Source: Candidatus Micrarchaeota archaeon
GTDB lineage: Archaea; Micrarchaeota; Micrarchaeia; Micrarchaeales; CABMGC01
Direction: 5' to 3'
Assembly: GCA_021804105.1 (NCBI GenBank)
Contig: JAJZKP010000004.1
Location: forward strand, 1 to 59,852
Length of the DNA stretch: 59,852 bases
In this document: positions 28,751 through 37,608 of the stretch, one piece after another
Position numbering within the stretch: the first letter of the stretch is position 1
Layout of the letters: every line of letters starts with the position of its first letter
Program-made: the position numbers and the translations under genes
Notes under the pieces: model-generated
Database searches by the model: none
Told to the model about the DNA's origin: nothing
Seen by the model: the letters and a program-made list of their open reading frames with translations, nothing else

Positions 28751-29056
28751 TCAGACCTGCATGCTTAGCCTGACTTCCTCAGTTATCATTTCCGGGATCC
28801 ATGCAGGCTCCCAGACCAAGTCCATAGTTACCTGCCCGGCATCCTGGATATGCTCAAGACGGAGCTGGGCATCGGCAAGTATTATGCTTGTAACAGGGCA
28901 CATGGGACTTGTCATTGTAAGCCTTAATGTAATGTTATTGCTTTGGTCAATGCCTATCCAGTGGATAAGGCCCAAGTCCACTATGTTTATGCCTATCTCT
29001 GGGTCAACGCACCCCTTCAGGGCATCCACAACCTCGTTCCTGGTTATGTTATGCAT
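28751..29056 (-). CDS. sufT: Fe-S maturation factor SufT/DUF59
   Basis: DPEIGINIVDLGLI, T.TSP.CP, VWEP.W motifs. Confidence 0.9.
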   Translation of the reverse strand: MHNITRNEVVDALKGCVDPEIGINIVDLGLIHWIGIDQSNNITLRLTMTSPMCPVTSIILADAQLRLEHIQDAGQVTMDLVWEPAWIPEMITEEVRLSMQV

Positions 29057-29094
29057 GTCTTGTATATTGCAGGGGCTGTTATTTTAACGTATCG

Positions 29095-30489
29095 TCATGC
29101 CATGGAGAAGAGGTAGTTGGCTGCGTTGGTGGCCATGCTTATCATAGGCTGCGGGTACAGCCCGAGCAGCAGGGTTATCGCAAGGCATGCAAGCACAACG
29201 AAGACTATCGCGCCTTCCGGCTTGATCTTCTTGGCTGCGGCCTTGACCGCATACATGGCCATTATGGGCCTTGCGTAATAGTATATTGATATTACGCTGT
29301 TCACCACCCCGATTATGGCTAGCCAGACAAGGTTTGCATTGACCGCGCTCAGGAAGAGGAGGAACTTGCCCACAAATCCTGTTGTGAACGGCAGGCCTAT
29401 TAGAGAGAGCATGAACAATGTGGCCGCGGCTGCCATTAGCCTGCTCTCCTGGTTAAGCCCTATCAAGTCATCGATCTCGTTCCTGTTGCGCGACTCAAGC
29501 CATGCGACTATTGCGAATATGCCTATGAAGATGAATGCGTGTGCGAATATCTGGAACATAGTGGCTGCTATTCCGGCAGAGGTAGCCGCGGCTATGCCTA
29601 TCAGCATGTATCCGGCCTGCGATATAGAAGAATATGCCAGCATGCGCTTGAAACTGCGCTGCATTATGGCAACGATGTTGCCGTAGAACATTGTCAGCAC
29701 CGAGAGCATTGCAACGGCAAGGAATGCGGACTTGAACGTGGCGAAGACAAGTATGAGGACCTGCATGAGCACGATGAAGCCTACTTTCTTGTTTATGCCG
29801 CCGAGCATGGCGGTTGCGTAGGACGGGGAGCCTTCATAGACATCTGGTATAAGAACGTTGAATGGAAAGATCGATGCCTCGAATCCCAGGGATGCGACGA
29901 AAAGCGCGGCTGCGAAGAGCATCAAATCGGATTGCTGGGCATGCACGAGGGCGAAGCTGTTTGAAGCGCCGTATATGGTAACGATGGCAAATGAGAGAAG
30001 GCCTATTGAGATGGCGCTCATTATGAAGAGCTTTGCCGCGGCTTCAAGACTGCGCCTTGAGAGCAGGACTATGAATACAGTTGGTATGACCATTAGCTCA
30101 AGGCCAATGAAGATGGAAATCAGGGAATTGGCGAACGCAACAAGGTATATGCCCATCATGGAGAATGATGCCATTAGCGCGAAGTCACCGTACCGGCCTG
30201 CGTACTCATATGCAAGTATGCCGGTTAGGAGCATGGCTATGGTCAGTATCAGGACGAAGAAGAGGGAGAATGGATTGATTGAGAGCATCCCCATGGCAGT
30301 AGTAGCAAGGTCCGACGAGAGCATCGATGCGGAAAAGAGGGCAAGCAGTGAGAGCACTGCGCAATTGAAGAGGAACTGCGGAAAGTCCTTGTTGGAGAGC
30401 CTGATGACGAGGTTGCCTAGCAGGAAGAGGACGCAGAGACCGAAGAAGATATATAGCTCGGATATCAGACGATCACCAGAAAGATCCAT
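29095..30489 (-). CDS. nuoN: Complex I-like subunit N
   Basis: EAAAK.F, PF....PDVYEGSP, KRMLAYSSI, GF.GK, S.YYY motifs. Confidence 0.88.
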   Translation of the reverse strand: MDLSGDRLISELYIFFGLCVLFLLGNLVIRLSNKDFPQFLFNCAVLSLLALFSASMLSSDLATTAMGMLSINPFSLFFVLILTIAMLLTGILAYEYAGRYGDFALMASFSMMGIYLVAFANSLISIFIGLELMVIPTVFIVLLSRRSLEAAAKLFIMSAISIGLLSFAIVTIYGASNSFALVHAQQSDLMLFAAALFVASLGFEASIFPFNVLIPDVYEGSPSYATAMLGGINKKVGFIVLMQVLILVFATFKSAFLAVAMLSVLTMFYGNIVAIMQRSFKRMLAYSSISQAGYMLIGIAAATSAGIAATMFQIFAHAFIFIGIFAIVAWLESRNRNEIDDLIGLNQESRLMAAAATLFMLSLIGLPFTTGFVGKFLLFLSAVNANLVWLAIIGVVNSVISIYYYARPIMAMYAVKAAAKKIKPEGAIVFVVLACLAITLLLGLYPQPMISMATNAANYLFSMA

Positions 30490-32258
30490 GCAAGGAGCAC
30501 TGCAAAGCCAACTGCAAACACGAAAGCGTATGGGTTGATTCCGCCGACTGACATGCGCCGTATGCCCCTTGAGGCAAGCACGACGGCATGGCCCAGCCAG
30601 TCGAAGGCCTCGCTTAGGTAGAGGTCAAAAGCGCCTACTCCCTCGGATATTTCGTACACGAACCGCGCCGCACCGCCATAGAGGAGCATGAAGAACTTAT
30701 GCGTGTATGCAAGGGAAGCGAGGGCGCTTCCCTTCTTCTGCGACGGTTTAAGGAGCCTTGAAGGTTTATAGAGCGAGTAGCTTACCGCAGCGCCAACTGC
30801 AAACAGGACCGTCACGCTGACTATGTCGAGCAGGCTGACAGAGAGCTGCGGTGCGCCGGTTATGAAGGCGGGCGAAGATGACAGGAATCCGGGGATGAGG
30901 AAAAAGATTGAGGATCCGGCAAGCGTGAGCGCTGCAAGCAGGACAGCAGGGTATATCATGGCCCTTGGCAAGGCCTTGTATCTAAGCGCTGTCTCGCCGG
31001 CCTTGTCTGGCCCGGATATCATGAAGAACCACCTGAAGATGAAGAAACTTGTTCCCAGGCCAATGAGGATTATAAGCGAATATACGATTAGGTTGGTGAA
31101 GACGGAAGAGCCTATTGCGGCTGAGGCGAAGAACCCTGAGAATGGTATCATGCCGGCAACAGAGAGCACGCCGAAGAGTGTCGAGATATAGAGCAGCTTG
31201 TTAGATGACATGCCGCGTATCTTGTCTATTGATTCCTCTTCGGTAGCATGCATTACGCTTCCGGAGCTGAAGAAGAGCAGCGCCTTGTAGAAGCTCTGTA
31301 CTATGAAGAAGTAAATTGCAGCGATGAGCGCGCCGCTTGCGACAGCCACGAGCATCAGGGAGAGCTCCTGCACTGTGGAGTAGGCGATAACGCGCTTGAC
31401 CTGCTTCTCGCGCATGGCATTGAACGTGGCTATGATTGCAGTGAGCACCCCGAACCAGAGCATGAGAGCAAGCAGGTGCGCAGCTGCGAAGATAGGGAAG
31501 AGTATTATCGCGGCAAACACCCCGGCCTTTACCATGGTAGACGAGTGGAGGAATGCCGATACGGGAGTAGGGCCTTCCATCGCCTCAGGGAGCCATTCCT
31601 GGAACGGGAATTGGGCCGACTTGGTGAAGATGGCAAGAAGGAGGAGCGCAGAGCCTGCGAGAAGGCCTATGGAGACGCTGTGCGGCATGAGCGAGAGGAT
31701 GGTTGCGAAGTTGAATGTGCCAAAGGTGTTCCAGAAGATAACTATCGCGGCTATCAGCGCTATGTCTCCTATCAATACAGTGGTTATTGCAAGCCTTGCT
31801 GCACGGACTGCGCGCTCGCGGTTGTGCCAGAAGCCAATGAGCATATAGCTGAGCATGCTCAGGAATTCCCAGGCTATGAAGAGCAGGATGAAATTGCCGC
31901 TCATCGCGAACGTGGCCATTGCTATCTCGAAGGCGAGCATCTCGATGTAGAAGCGTTTCTGCTCGCTTAGGGTTTTCAGGTATCCGGTAGAATAGAGGTG
32001 TATGAGCGTGCCTATGAAGAAGACAATTGCAAGGAGTGCCATGTTCAGCGGGGCTATTGTTGTTGTTATAGCTATCGCGTCCTTGCCTATCGTGAACCAG
32101 GTTATTGTGATGCTGCCATTCTGCACAAAATACAGCAGGAGCAGGCTGGCCAGGCTGGCCGCAGAGGCAATGTAGCCGTATTTCATGCTGGGCCTCAGCA
32201 ATGCTATCGCTATCATCGCAGCGAAGAGAGGGACCAATAGCAGCAACGGGAGGAACAT
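30465..32258 (-). CDS. nuoL: Complex I-like subunit L
   Basis: WE....SY.LIGFW, KSAQFPF..WLP.AMEGPTPVSA.LHS.TMV.AG, KALLF..SG, C-terminal transverse helix. Confidence 0.92.
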   Translation of the reverse strand: MFLPLLLLVPLFAAMIAIALLRPSMKYGYIASAASLASLLLLYFVQNGSITITWFTIGKDAIAITTTIAPLNMALLAIVFFIGTLIHLYSTGYLKTLSEQKRFYIEMLAFEIAMATFAMSGNFILLFIAWEFLSMLSYMLIGFWHNRERAVRAARLAITTVLIGDIALIAAIVIFWNTFGTFNFATILSLMPHSVSIGLLAGSALLLLAIFTKSAQFPFQEWLPEAMEGPTPVSAFLHSSTMVKAGVFAAIILFPIFAAAHLLALMLWFGVLTAIIATFNAMREKQVKRVIAYSTVQELSLMLVAVASGALIAAIYFFIVQSFYKALLFFSSGSVMHATEEESIDKIRGMSSNKLLYISTLFGVLSVAGMIPFSGFFASAAIGSSVFTNLIVYSLIILIGLGTSFFIFRWFFMISGPDKAGETALRYKALPRAMIYPAVLLAALTLAGSSIFFLIPGFLSSSPAFITGAPQLSVSLLDIVSVTVLFAVGAAVSYSLYKPSRLLKPSQKKGSALASLAYTHKFFMLLYGGAARFVYEISEGVGAFDLYLSEAFDWLGHAVVLASRGIRRMSVGGINPYAFVFAVGFAVLLAWIFLVIV

Positions 32259-32259
32259 C

Positions 32260-32568
32260 TTACCACTTCATCTTTGATAATTTTGTAACGTCGAAGTCTG
32301 CACCGCGGTATTTCATGTAGACATAGAAGGCCATGAGCGTGATTATCTCAACGGCTGCAACGGCCCATATGCTTATCAGCATCACTATCGCGCCAGGATT
32401 CTGCACGGCATTGTAATCGAAGAATCCCACGAGGGCTATTGTGCTGGCAACCAGTATTAGGGCTATGCCCAACATTATGACTATGAAATGCCTGTCGGTG
32501 GCGAGACCGGCAAATGCGATCCCTATCAGAACCAGCGAAAGAGCAAATACGTAGAGCAGCATGATCAA
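32260..32568 (-). CDS. nuoK: Complex I-like subunit K
   Basis: Three TM helices, VAAVE motif, operon position. Confidence 0.8.
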   Translation of the reverse strand: MIMLLYVFALSLVLIGIAFAGLATDRHFIVIMLGIALILVASTIALVGFFDYNAVQNPGAIVMLISIWAVAAVEIITLMAFYVYMKYRGADFDVTKLSKMKW

Positions 32569-33051
32569 TTATGTCACCAGTTTTGAGAATTTCTTGATGA
32601 ATAGTACGCTTCCGAGGGCAACTGCGAAGAGCAATGCAGCTATTCCGTAGAACAGCGGATAGTATTGGGCTATTGCAACTGCGAACGTGGCATCCATGCT
32701 CGAGCCTGAAACTACCTCGGAATGCAGCGAGAGCTGCGCGAAATATGCGAACCATATGGAAAGTGCTATCACTATGGGTATGAAGAATGAGACGCGTATG
32801 TATCTCCTTCCTTTTTCCTCGTTGGCCAGCGAGACCATCAGATATGTGGAGAGGCCGCCGACGAAGACGAGGAGCTGGAGAAGCGCCACGAAAGTCTGGT
32901 TCAGTATCAGGAAGAGCACTGCACTCATGGAGAAGGCCATGGTCAGGGCAAGGACCGCATGGACAAGCTTTCTCTGTATGAAGACGAGCACGGATGAGAG
33001 GGCAGTAAGAATGGCAAATGTGTAAAAGGACAACGTATATACATCGGGCAT
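32569..33051 (-). CDS. nuoJ: Complex I-like subunit J
   Basis: VHAVL.L, F.A..Q.LV.VGG motif, operon position. Confidence 0.82.
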   Translation of the reverse strand: MPDVYTLSFYTFAILTALSSVLVFIQRKLVHAVLALTMAFSMSAVLFLILNQTFVALLQLLVFVGGLSTYLMVSLANEEKGRRYIRVSFFIPIVIALSIWFAYFAQLSLHSEVVSGSSMDATFAVAIAQYYPLFYGIAALLFAVALGSVLFIKKFSKLVT

Positions 33052-33055
33052 CTCA

Positions 33056-33418
33056 TCACTCGAGCTCCTCGGGCCTCTTCAGCAGCGCCCTCTTGTCCTC
33101 AACCTCATTGAATGAAACATCCTTCGAGAGCGTCAGGCATTTCGGCGGGCAGACTTCCTCGCATAGGGCGCAGAAAAGGCACCTTTCAAGGCCTATCTGC
33201 GGCATTACCTTTTTTCCCTTGTCAGTCATTACGTCAACCATGGTTATGGTCTTGTTTGGGCATATCCTCTCGCAGGCTCTGCAGCTGATGCACGTGCTCA
33301 TGTCAAGGCGCAGCTTCCCGCGGTAGCTGTCAGGGAGCGCCTGTTTCTCCATGGGAAAGTCTAGCGTGGACCTTTTCTCGAGTATTGCACCTGTAGATTT
33401 AGCCAACGGTCCAATCAT
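33056..33418 (-). CDS. nuoI: Complex I-like subunit I (2x[4Fe-4S])
   Basis: YRG, CISCRACERICP and CLFCALCEEVCP. Confidence 0.92.
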   Translation of the reverse strand: MIGPLAKSTGAILEKRSTLDFPMEKQALPDSYRGKLRLDMSTCISCRACERICPNKTITMVDVMTDKGKKVMPQIGLERCLFCALCEEVCPPKCLTLSKDVSFNEVEDKRALLKRPEELE

Positions 33419-33421
33419 GCT

Positions 33422-34441
33422 CTACGCCACGAATAGTATATAGACAAGTATAAGGTTTAATAAGGAAAGGGGAAGCAGCCATGTCCACCCAAGCCTGAGG
33501 ATGCGGTCTATGCGCATCCTGACAGTAGTGGCCCTTATTATTATAGTGAATAGGGCTATGATGAATGCTTTTATCAGAAGCCATGCAAGTGGGGGAAGCA
33601 GAGGCCCGCTCCATCCTCCAAAGAAGAGCAGCGCTATTATCAGGCTTGCAAGGAACATCCTCGTATAGTCTATAAACAATGCCAGGGCGTAATACGGCCC
33701 GCTATAGTCTGTCAGCCATCCCGCTATTAGTTCAGAATCGGCTTCCCTAAGGTCGAACGGAGGCCTCTCCATCTCTGCCAGCATGGTTATGAAGAAGACG
33801 ACAAATCCTATCGGCATCAGTAGGATATACCAGTGCGAGGCTGCCTGTGCCGAGACTATGCCGCTTATGCTGTACGTGCCTGAGAGCAGTGCAATTGCAG
33901 CCACGACCACAAGAAGCGGTATCTCGTAGCTTATGAGCATGAGCACGGACCTCTGCGCACTTATGTCTGCAAACTTGTTTCCGGTAGAGAACCCGGCAAG
34001 AAAGACGATGATGGGCAGAAAGGCGATGAGCACAAATATGAGAAGGAGGCCAAGGCCGAGGTTAGTTGCCTGCAGGGTAGGCGAGAACGGAAGCAGGAGA
34101 ACCATGAACGTGGTTACCGCCAGCATGAGTATGGGGCCTATCGTAAGAAGAATCCTGTCTGCATTGTCCGGAGTGATGTGCTCCTTTGAGAGAAGCTTGA
34201 CCAGGTCCGCAAGGTTCTGGAGGATCCCGAACTTACCGACAAATGTTGGGCCGTGCCTGTGCTGTATCTTGGCTATGAGCTTTCTCTCGACCCATCCGAA
34301 GATATATGCGAATATCGACGTCACTATGAGTATGAAGATTGCATAGATGAGGATTGCTATGCCGTAGAAGAGCAAACTGCTACCGTTGAGCCAACCCTGC
34401 CACGTAGACACTATTGAGAATATGATGTTATCTATCAACAC
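33422..34441 (-). CDS. nuoH: Complex I-like subunit H
   Basis: ERK..A.IQ.R.GP, AD..KL..KE, SYE, ERPPFDL.EA.SEL..G. Confidence 0.94.
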   Translation of the reverse strand: MLIDNIIFSIVSTWQGWLNGSSLLFYGIAILIYAIFILIVTSIFAYIFGWVERKLIAKIQHRHGPTFVGKFGILQNLADLVKLLSKEHITPDNADRILLTIGPILMLAVTTFMVLLLPFSPTLQATNLGLGLLLIFVLIAFLPIIVFLAGFSTGNKFADISAQRSVLMLISYEIPLLVVVAAIALLSGTYSISGIVSAQAASHWYILLMPIGFVVFFITMLAEMERPPFDLREADSELIAGWLTDYSGPYYALALFIDYTRMFLASLIIALLFFGGWSGPLLPPLAWLLIKAFIIALFTIIIRATTVRMRIDRILRLGWTWLLPLSLLNLILVYILFVA

Positions 34442-35519
34442 AGGCCATCACCAGGTCAAGCGAACCCATTATTGAGAAAAGATCCGCAAGGCGCTCCCCC
34501 TTTGCAATATGATTCAGGGCAGCGAGATTCACGAAGCATGGCGAGCGGATGGAGAGCCTGTACGGGCGCTGGGGATCAGACACCATGTACATCATGCACT
34601 CTCCCCTTGGAAGCTCCCTGCTTACCGTGACAATCTTGTTCTTCGCAGGCGGACCTATCAGTTTTATCGAGGCTCCCAGCGCATCGCCATCAGGCATCTT
34701 CTTTAGCGCATCGCGTATGAGCCTGATCGATTCGCGCAGTTCCATGATCCTTATCCTGTACCTTGCGAAGTTGTCACAGCCATGCTCCACTGCAACATGG
34801 AAATTGAGTTTCTCGTAAACATAATAGGGCTTTGCCTTCCTGACATCATAGCTTATCCCGGAAGCCCTTAGAACAGGACCTGCGACCCCAAGGCTTTTTG
34901 CGTCCTCGGCACTTAGCACGCCTATGCCCTTGGTTCTTTCCATGAAGACAGGGTTCTTTTCCAGGTATCTCTGGTACTCGCCAATCCTCTTTTCTAGGTG
35001 GCTGAGAAGCTTCATGCAGTTCTCGCCGAAGTCAGGAGGAAGATCCATGGTGACTCCGCCAAGCCTCATGTTAACGTAGAACATCCTCTGGCCCGTAGCC
35101 TCCTGGAGCAGCTCAAGGACGCGGTCACGGTCTTCGAATACCCACATGAACATTGTGAACATCTGGCCCATGTCATTGCATAGTGCGCCCAGGAAGAAGA
35201 GATGGCTTGCAATTCGCTGCAGCTCCAACTCTATTAGCCTCACGTATTGCGCGCGCTCCTTTACCTCTATTCCAAGCGCTGCTTCTACAGTTGCGACATA
35301 CGCCTCGTCGTAAGAGAGAGGCGCCACATAATCGAGCTTCTCCATGTATGGCGGGCACTGCATGTACATCCTGGTCTCGACAAGCTTTTCAACTCCCCTG
35401 TGAAGGAAGCCTATGTGGGGCTCGACGTTCTTCACAGTATCGCCATCGACATCTACAACAAGGCGCAGCACTCCGTGCGTGCTGGGATGCACAGGGCCTA
35501 TATTGATCCTGGTGCTCAA
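34428..35519 (-). CDS. nuoD: Complex I-like subunit D
   Basis: GP.HPSTHGVLR, G.LHRG.EK, LDY, EL.RI.SHL, G..GP.LR.SG; no intact CxxC NiFe motifs. Confidence 0.93.
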   Translation of the reverse strand: MSTRINIGPVHPSTHGVLRLVVDVDGDTVKNVEPHIGFLHRGVEKLVETRMYMQCPPYMEKLDYVAPLSYDEAYVATVEAALGIEVKERAQYVRLIELELQRIASHLFFLGALCNDMGQMFTMFMWVFEDRDRVLELLQEATGQRMFYVNMRLGGVTMDLPPDFGENCMKLLSHLEKRIGEYQRYLEKNPVFMERTKGIGVLSAEDAKSLGVAGPVLRASGISYDVRKAKPYYVYEKLNFHVAVEHGCDNFARYRIRIMELRESIRLIRDALKKMPDGDALGASIKLIGPPAKNKIVTVSRELPRGECMMYMVSDPQRPYRLSIRSPCFVNLAALNHIAKGERLADLFSIMGSLDLVMACVDR

Positions 35520-35900
35520 TCATTCCACCCCTGTCCTGTAGTCCTTGTCCCATTCAAAGCTCTTCCTGAAAGGAGGGTCGATTCCGTCCCATTTCTCGAG
35601 CAGTATGCGCTTTGCAATCCTGTTCTTTATCGCCACTCCGAACATCTCCATAAGTTCGCGCTCGTACCAGTCCGCTGCGGGGAAAATGTCCATGGCAGTC
35701 GGTAGCCATGCGTCATTGTACTCAAGATCTATCTCCAGGGTCTCGTCCTTGTTTTCGGCAATATTCCTCAGGAAATAGACTGCCTGTAGGCTCTTTCCAT
35801 AGTCTACAGCCGTTATCTTCACTAGGTAGTCATATCCCTGGCCCTTCATCTCTTCCAGCCTGCGTAGTAAATCCCCTCTATCACACTTCAATCTTTCCAC
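35520..35900 (-). CDS. nuoC: Complex I-like subunit C
   Basis: TAVDY, A.WYERE..EMFG, P.RK motifs. Confidence 0.9.
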   Translation of the reverse strand: MERLKCDRGDLLRRLEEMKGQGYDYLVKITAVDYGKSLQAVYFLRNIAENKDETLEIDLEYNDAWLPTAMDIFPAADWYERELMEMFGVAIKNRIAKRILLEKWDGIDPPFRKSFEWDKDYRTGVE

Positions 35901-36456
35901 CCAGCTTGTCCTGCAATTTCATAAGAGCTGCGAAGAGGTTCTCGGGCCTTGGAGGGCATCCGGCAACATAAACGTCCACGGGAAGCACCTGGTCTATCCC
36001 TCTTACGATATTGTAGCTCTCCCACCATGGCCCTCCGCATGTTGCGCATTCGCCGAATGCGATTACATGCCTTGGCTCGGTCATCTGCTCGTAAAGCCTC
36101 TTGACCTCTGGTACCATGCTCTTGGTTACCCATCCTGCAACAAGCATCACATCGCATTGCCTCGGAGTTGCCCTGAAGAGCAGGTACCCTTTCCTCTCGG
36201 CGTCAATCCTCGCAGCGCCGAAGTCCATGAGCTCTATGGCGCAGCATGCCAGCCCGAACTGCAGGGGCCAGAGGGAGTTCCTTCTTGACCATTTGACCAG
36301 TTTGCTAGACACAGGTATGGCCTTGACCAGGTCTGACAACTTGGCGAACATGGCATTGGGCTTGTTCTCGCTCTTCAAGGAATCCATGACAAGCTTGTCC
36401 ATCTCCTGCTTGGCATTGAGGAATTCCTGGCTTTTGCGATCTATATTCCTATCCAT
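35881..36456 (-). CDS. nuoB: Complex I-like subunit B
   Basis: [28 protein letters not shown] (N2 ligands). Confidence 0.95.
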   Translation of the reverse strand: MDRNIDRKSQEFLNAKQEMDKLVMDSLKSENKPNAMFAKLSDLVKAIPVSSKLVKWSRRNSLWPLQFGLACCAIELMDFGAARIDAERKGYLLFRATPRQCDVMLVAGWVTKSMVPEVKRLYEQMTEPRHVIAFGECATCGGPWWESYNIVRGIDQVLPVDVYVAGCPPRPENLFAALMKLQDKLGGKIEV

Positions 36457-36460
36457 TCCA

Positions 36461-36817
36461 TCATTCCCTTGCGTGCTTGGCCATGATGATTACAAGCATC
36501 TCGAATATAAAGCCAGCCACGAAAAGGCCCAGTATGGCGTAATTTGCGGTTGAACCCACCGCCTTGGCGCTTATTACCCAGACCAGCATTATGGCGATGA
36601 GGATCTCGAATACCAGGAACATAGGGAAGTAGTACAGGTATTCGCCCATCACGCTCGTCCTGGCGCCTGTGCTCTCCTCGGCGCTTTCGTAATTGCCCTT
36701 CTTGACGCGCGTCTCCCTGCTCCTGCGACGTATAAGCTTTGAAGAGAGAAGCATGAGCAACGGTTCAAGGATTGCCAATGCAATGAATATTATTATGGCT
36801 ATATAGGCGGAGACCAT
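36461..36817 (-). CDS. nuoA: Complex I-like subunit A
   Basis: Three TM helices, K...YES loop, FLVFE; first gene of the operon. Start moved to MVSAY. Confidence 0.82.
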   Translation of the reverse strand: MVSAYIAIIIFIALAILEPLLMLLSSKLIRRRSRETRVKKGNYESAEESTGARTSVMGEYLYYFPMFLVFEILIAIMLVWVISAKAVGSTANYAILGLFVAGFIFEMLVIIMAKHARE

Positions 36818-36982
36818 GGTTCGTAATAAGAAGGTTAGTTTAATATTCGTTGCCCGCAGGCATGCTCCCGGGCATACATGGTTCACAAAGCTATGGGCAG
36901 GAAGTGCATGGCTTGATGGACGTGCACATTAGAGTGGAGGCAAAATAATATAGAAAACTTAATATGGCTGAACTTGGGATAA

Positions 36983-37384
36983 ATGAATATGCATGTCTAT
37001 GCTTTTCGACTCGCACAAGGAGCAGACCTCAAGGAAAGCATACTTGACATGGTAAAGAAGAATGGGATAAAGGCAGGATGCATTATCGCATGCATAGGAG
37101 ACCTCGGGCAGGCGACCATCAGGTTGGCAGGCGGCAAGAAGAGAAAGGTGATCAGGGAGCAACTAGAGATAGTCTCAGTGGCCGGCACCCTGGGAAACGG
37201 AGAGTGCCATGCACATATAGTTGTTGCGGATAAGAATGGAAAGTGCACCGGAGGCCACATGAAGTACGGTTGCGTAGTAGAGAAGGCTGCGGAGATAGTC
37301 ATAGGAGAGATAGATGGTTATTCCTTCTATAGGGAGCTTGATGAGGATACAGGATACAACGAACTTGTAGTAAGGAAGGCTTAA
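36983..37384 (+). CDS. PPC/DUF296 domain protein
   Basis: RL..G.DL, EIVS..GT, HAH, GGH motifs. Confidence 0.88.
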   Translation: MNMHVYAFRLAQGADLKESILDMVKKNGIKAGCIIACIGDLGQATIRLAGGKKRKVIREQLEIVSVAGTLGNGECHAHIVVADKNGKCTGGHMKYGCVVEKAAEIVIGEIDGYSFYRELDEDTGYNELVVRKA

Positions 37385-37388
37385 ATGC

Positions 37389-37463
37389 GGGCCCGTAACT
37401 CAGCATGGCTAGAGTGGCTGGCTTTTAACCAGTAAGTCGTGGGTTCAAATCCCACCGGGCCCG
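37389..37463 (+). tRNA. tRNA-Lys(TTT)
   Basis: GGGCCCG...CGGGCCC-G acceptor, GCTGG-CT-TTT-AA-CCAGT anticodon arm, GGTTCAAATCC T-arm. Confidence 0.96.
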
Positions 37464-37608
37464 TTCATGTTGCATGTGCATTACAACTAATTCCAGGTCC
37501 TGCAAGAGAGCGCGGTTTGTTAGGTTTCAAGCCGGCATTGGCACGGAAATGCGCAGGCTTACATTAATATACAAAAGGGTTATTATCCATATATAAGATA
37601 CCCTATAA

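Noticed and set aside
34428-36456. Possible group 4 NiFe hydrogenase instead of complex I
   Set aside because: The large subunit lacks both CxxC motifs, keeps the quinone-site His and Tyr, and NuoB has the tandem CC motif; no maturation genes are nearby.
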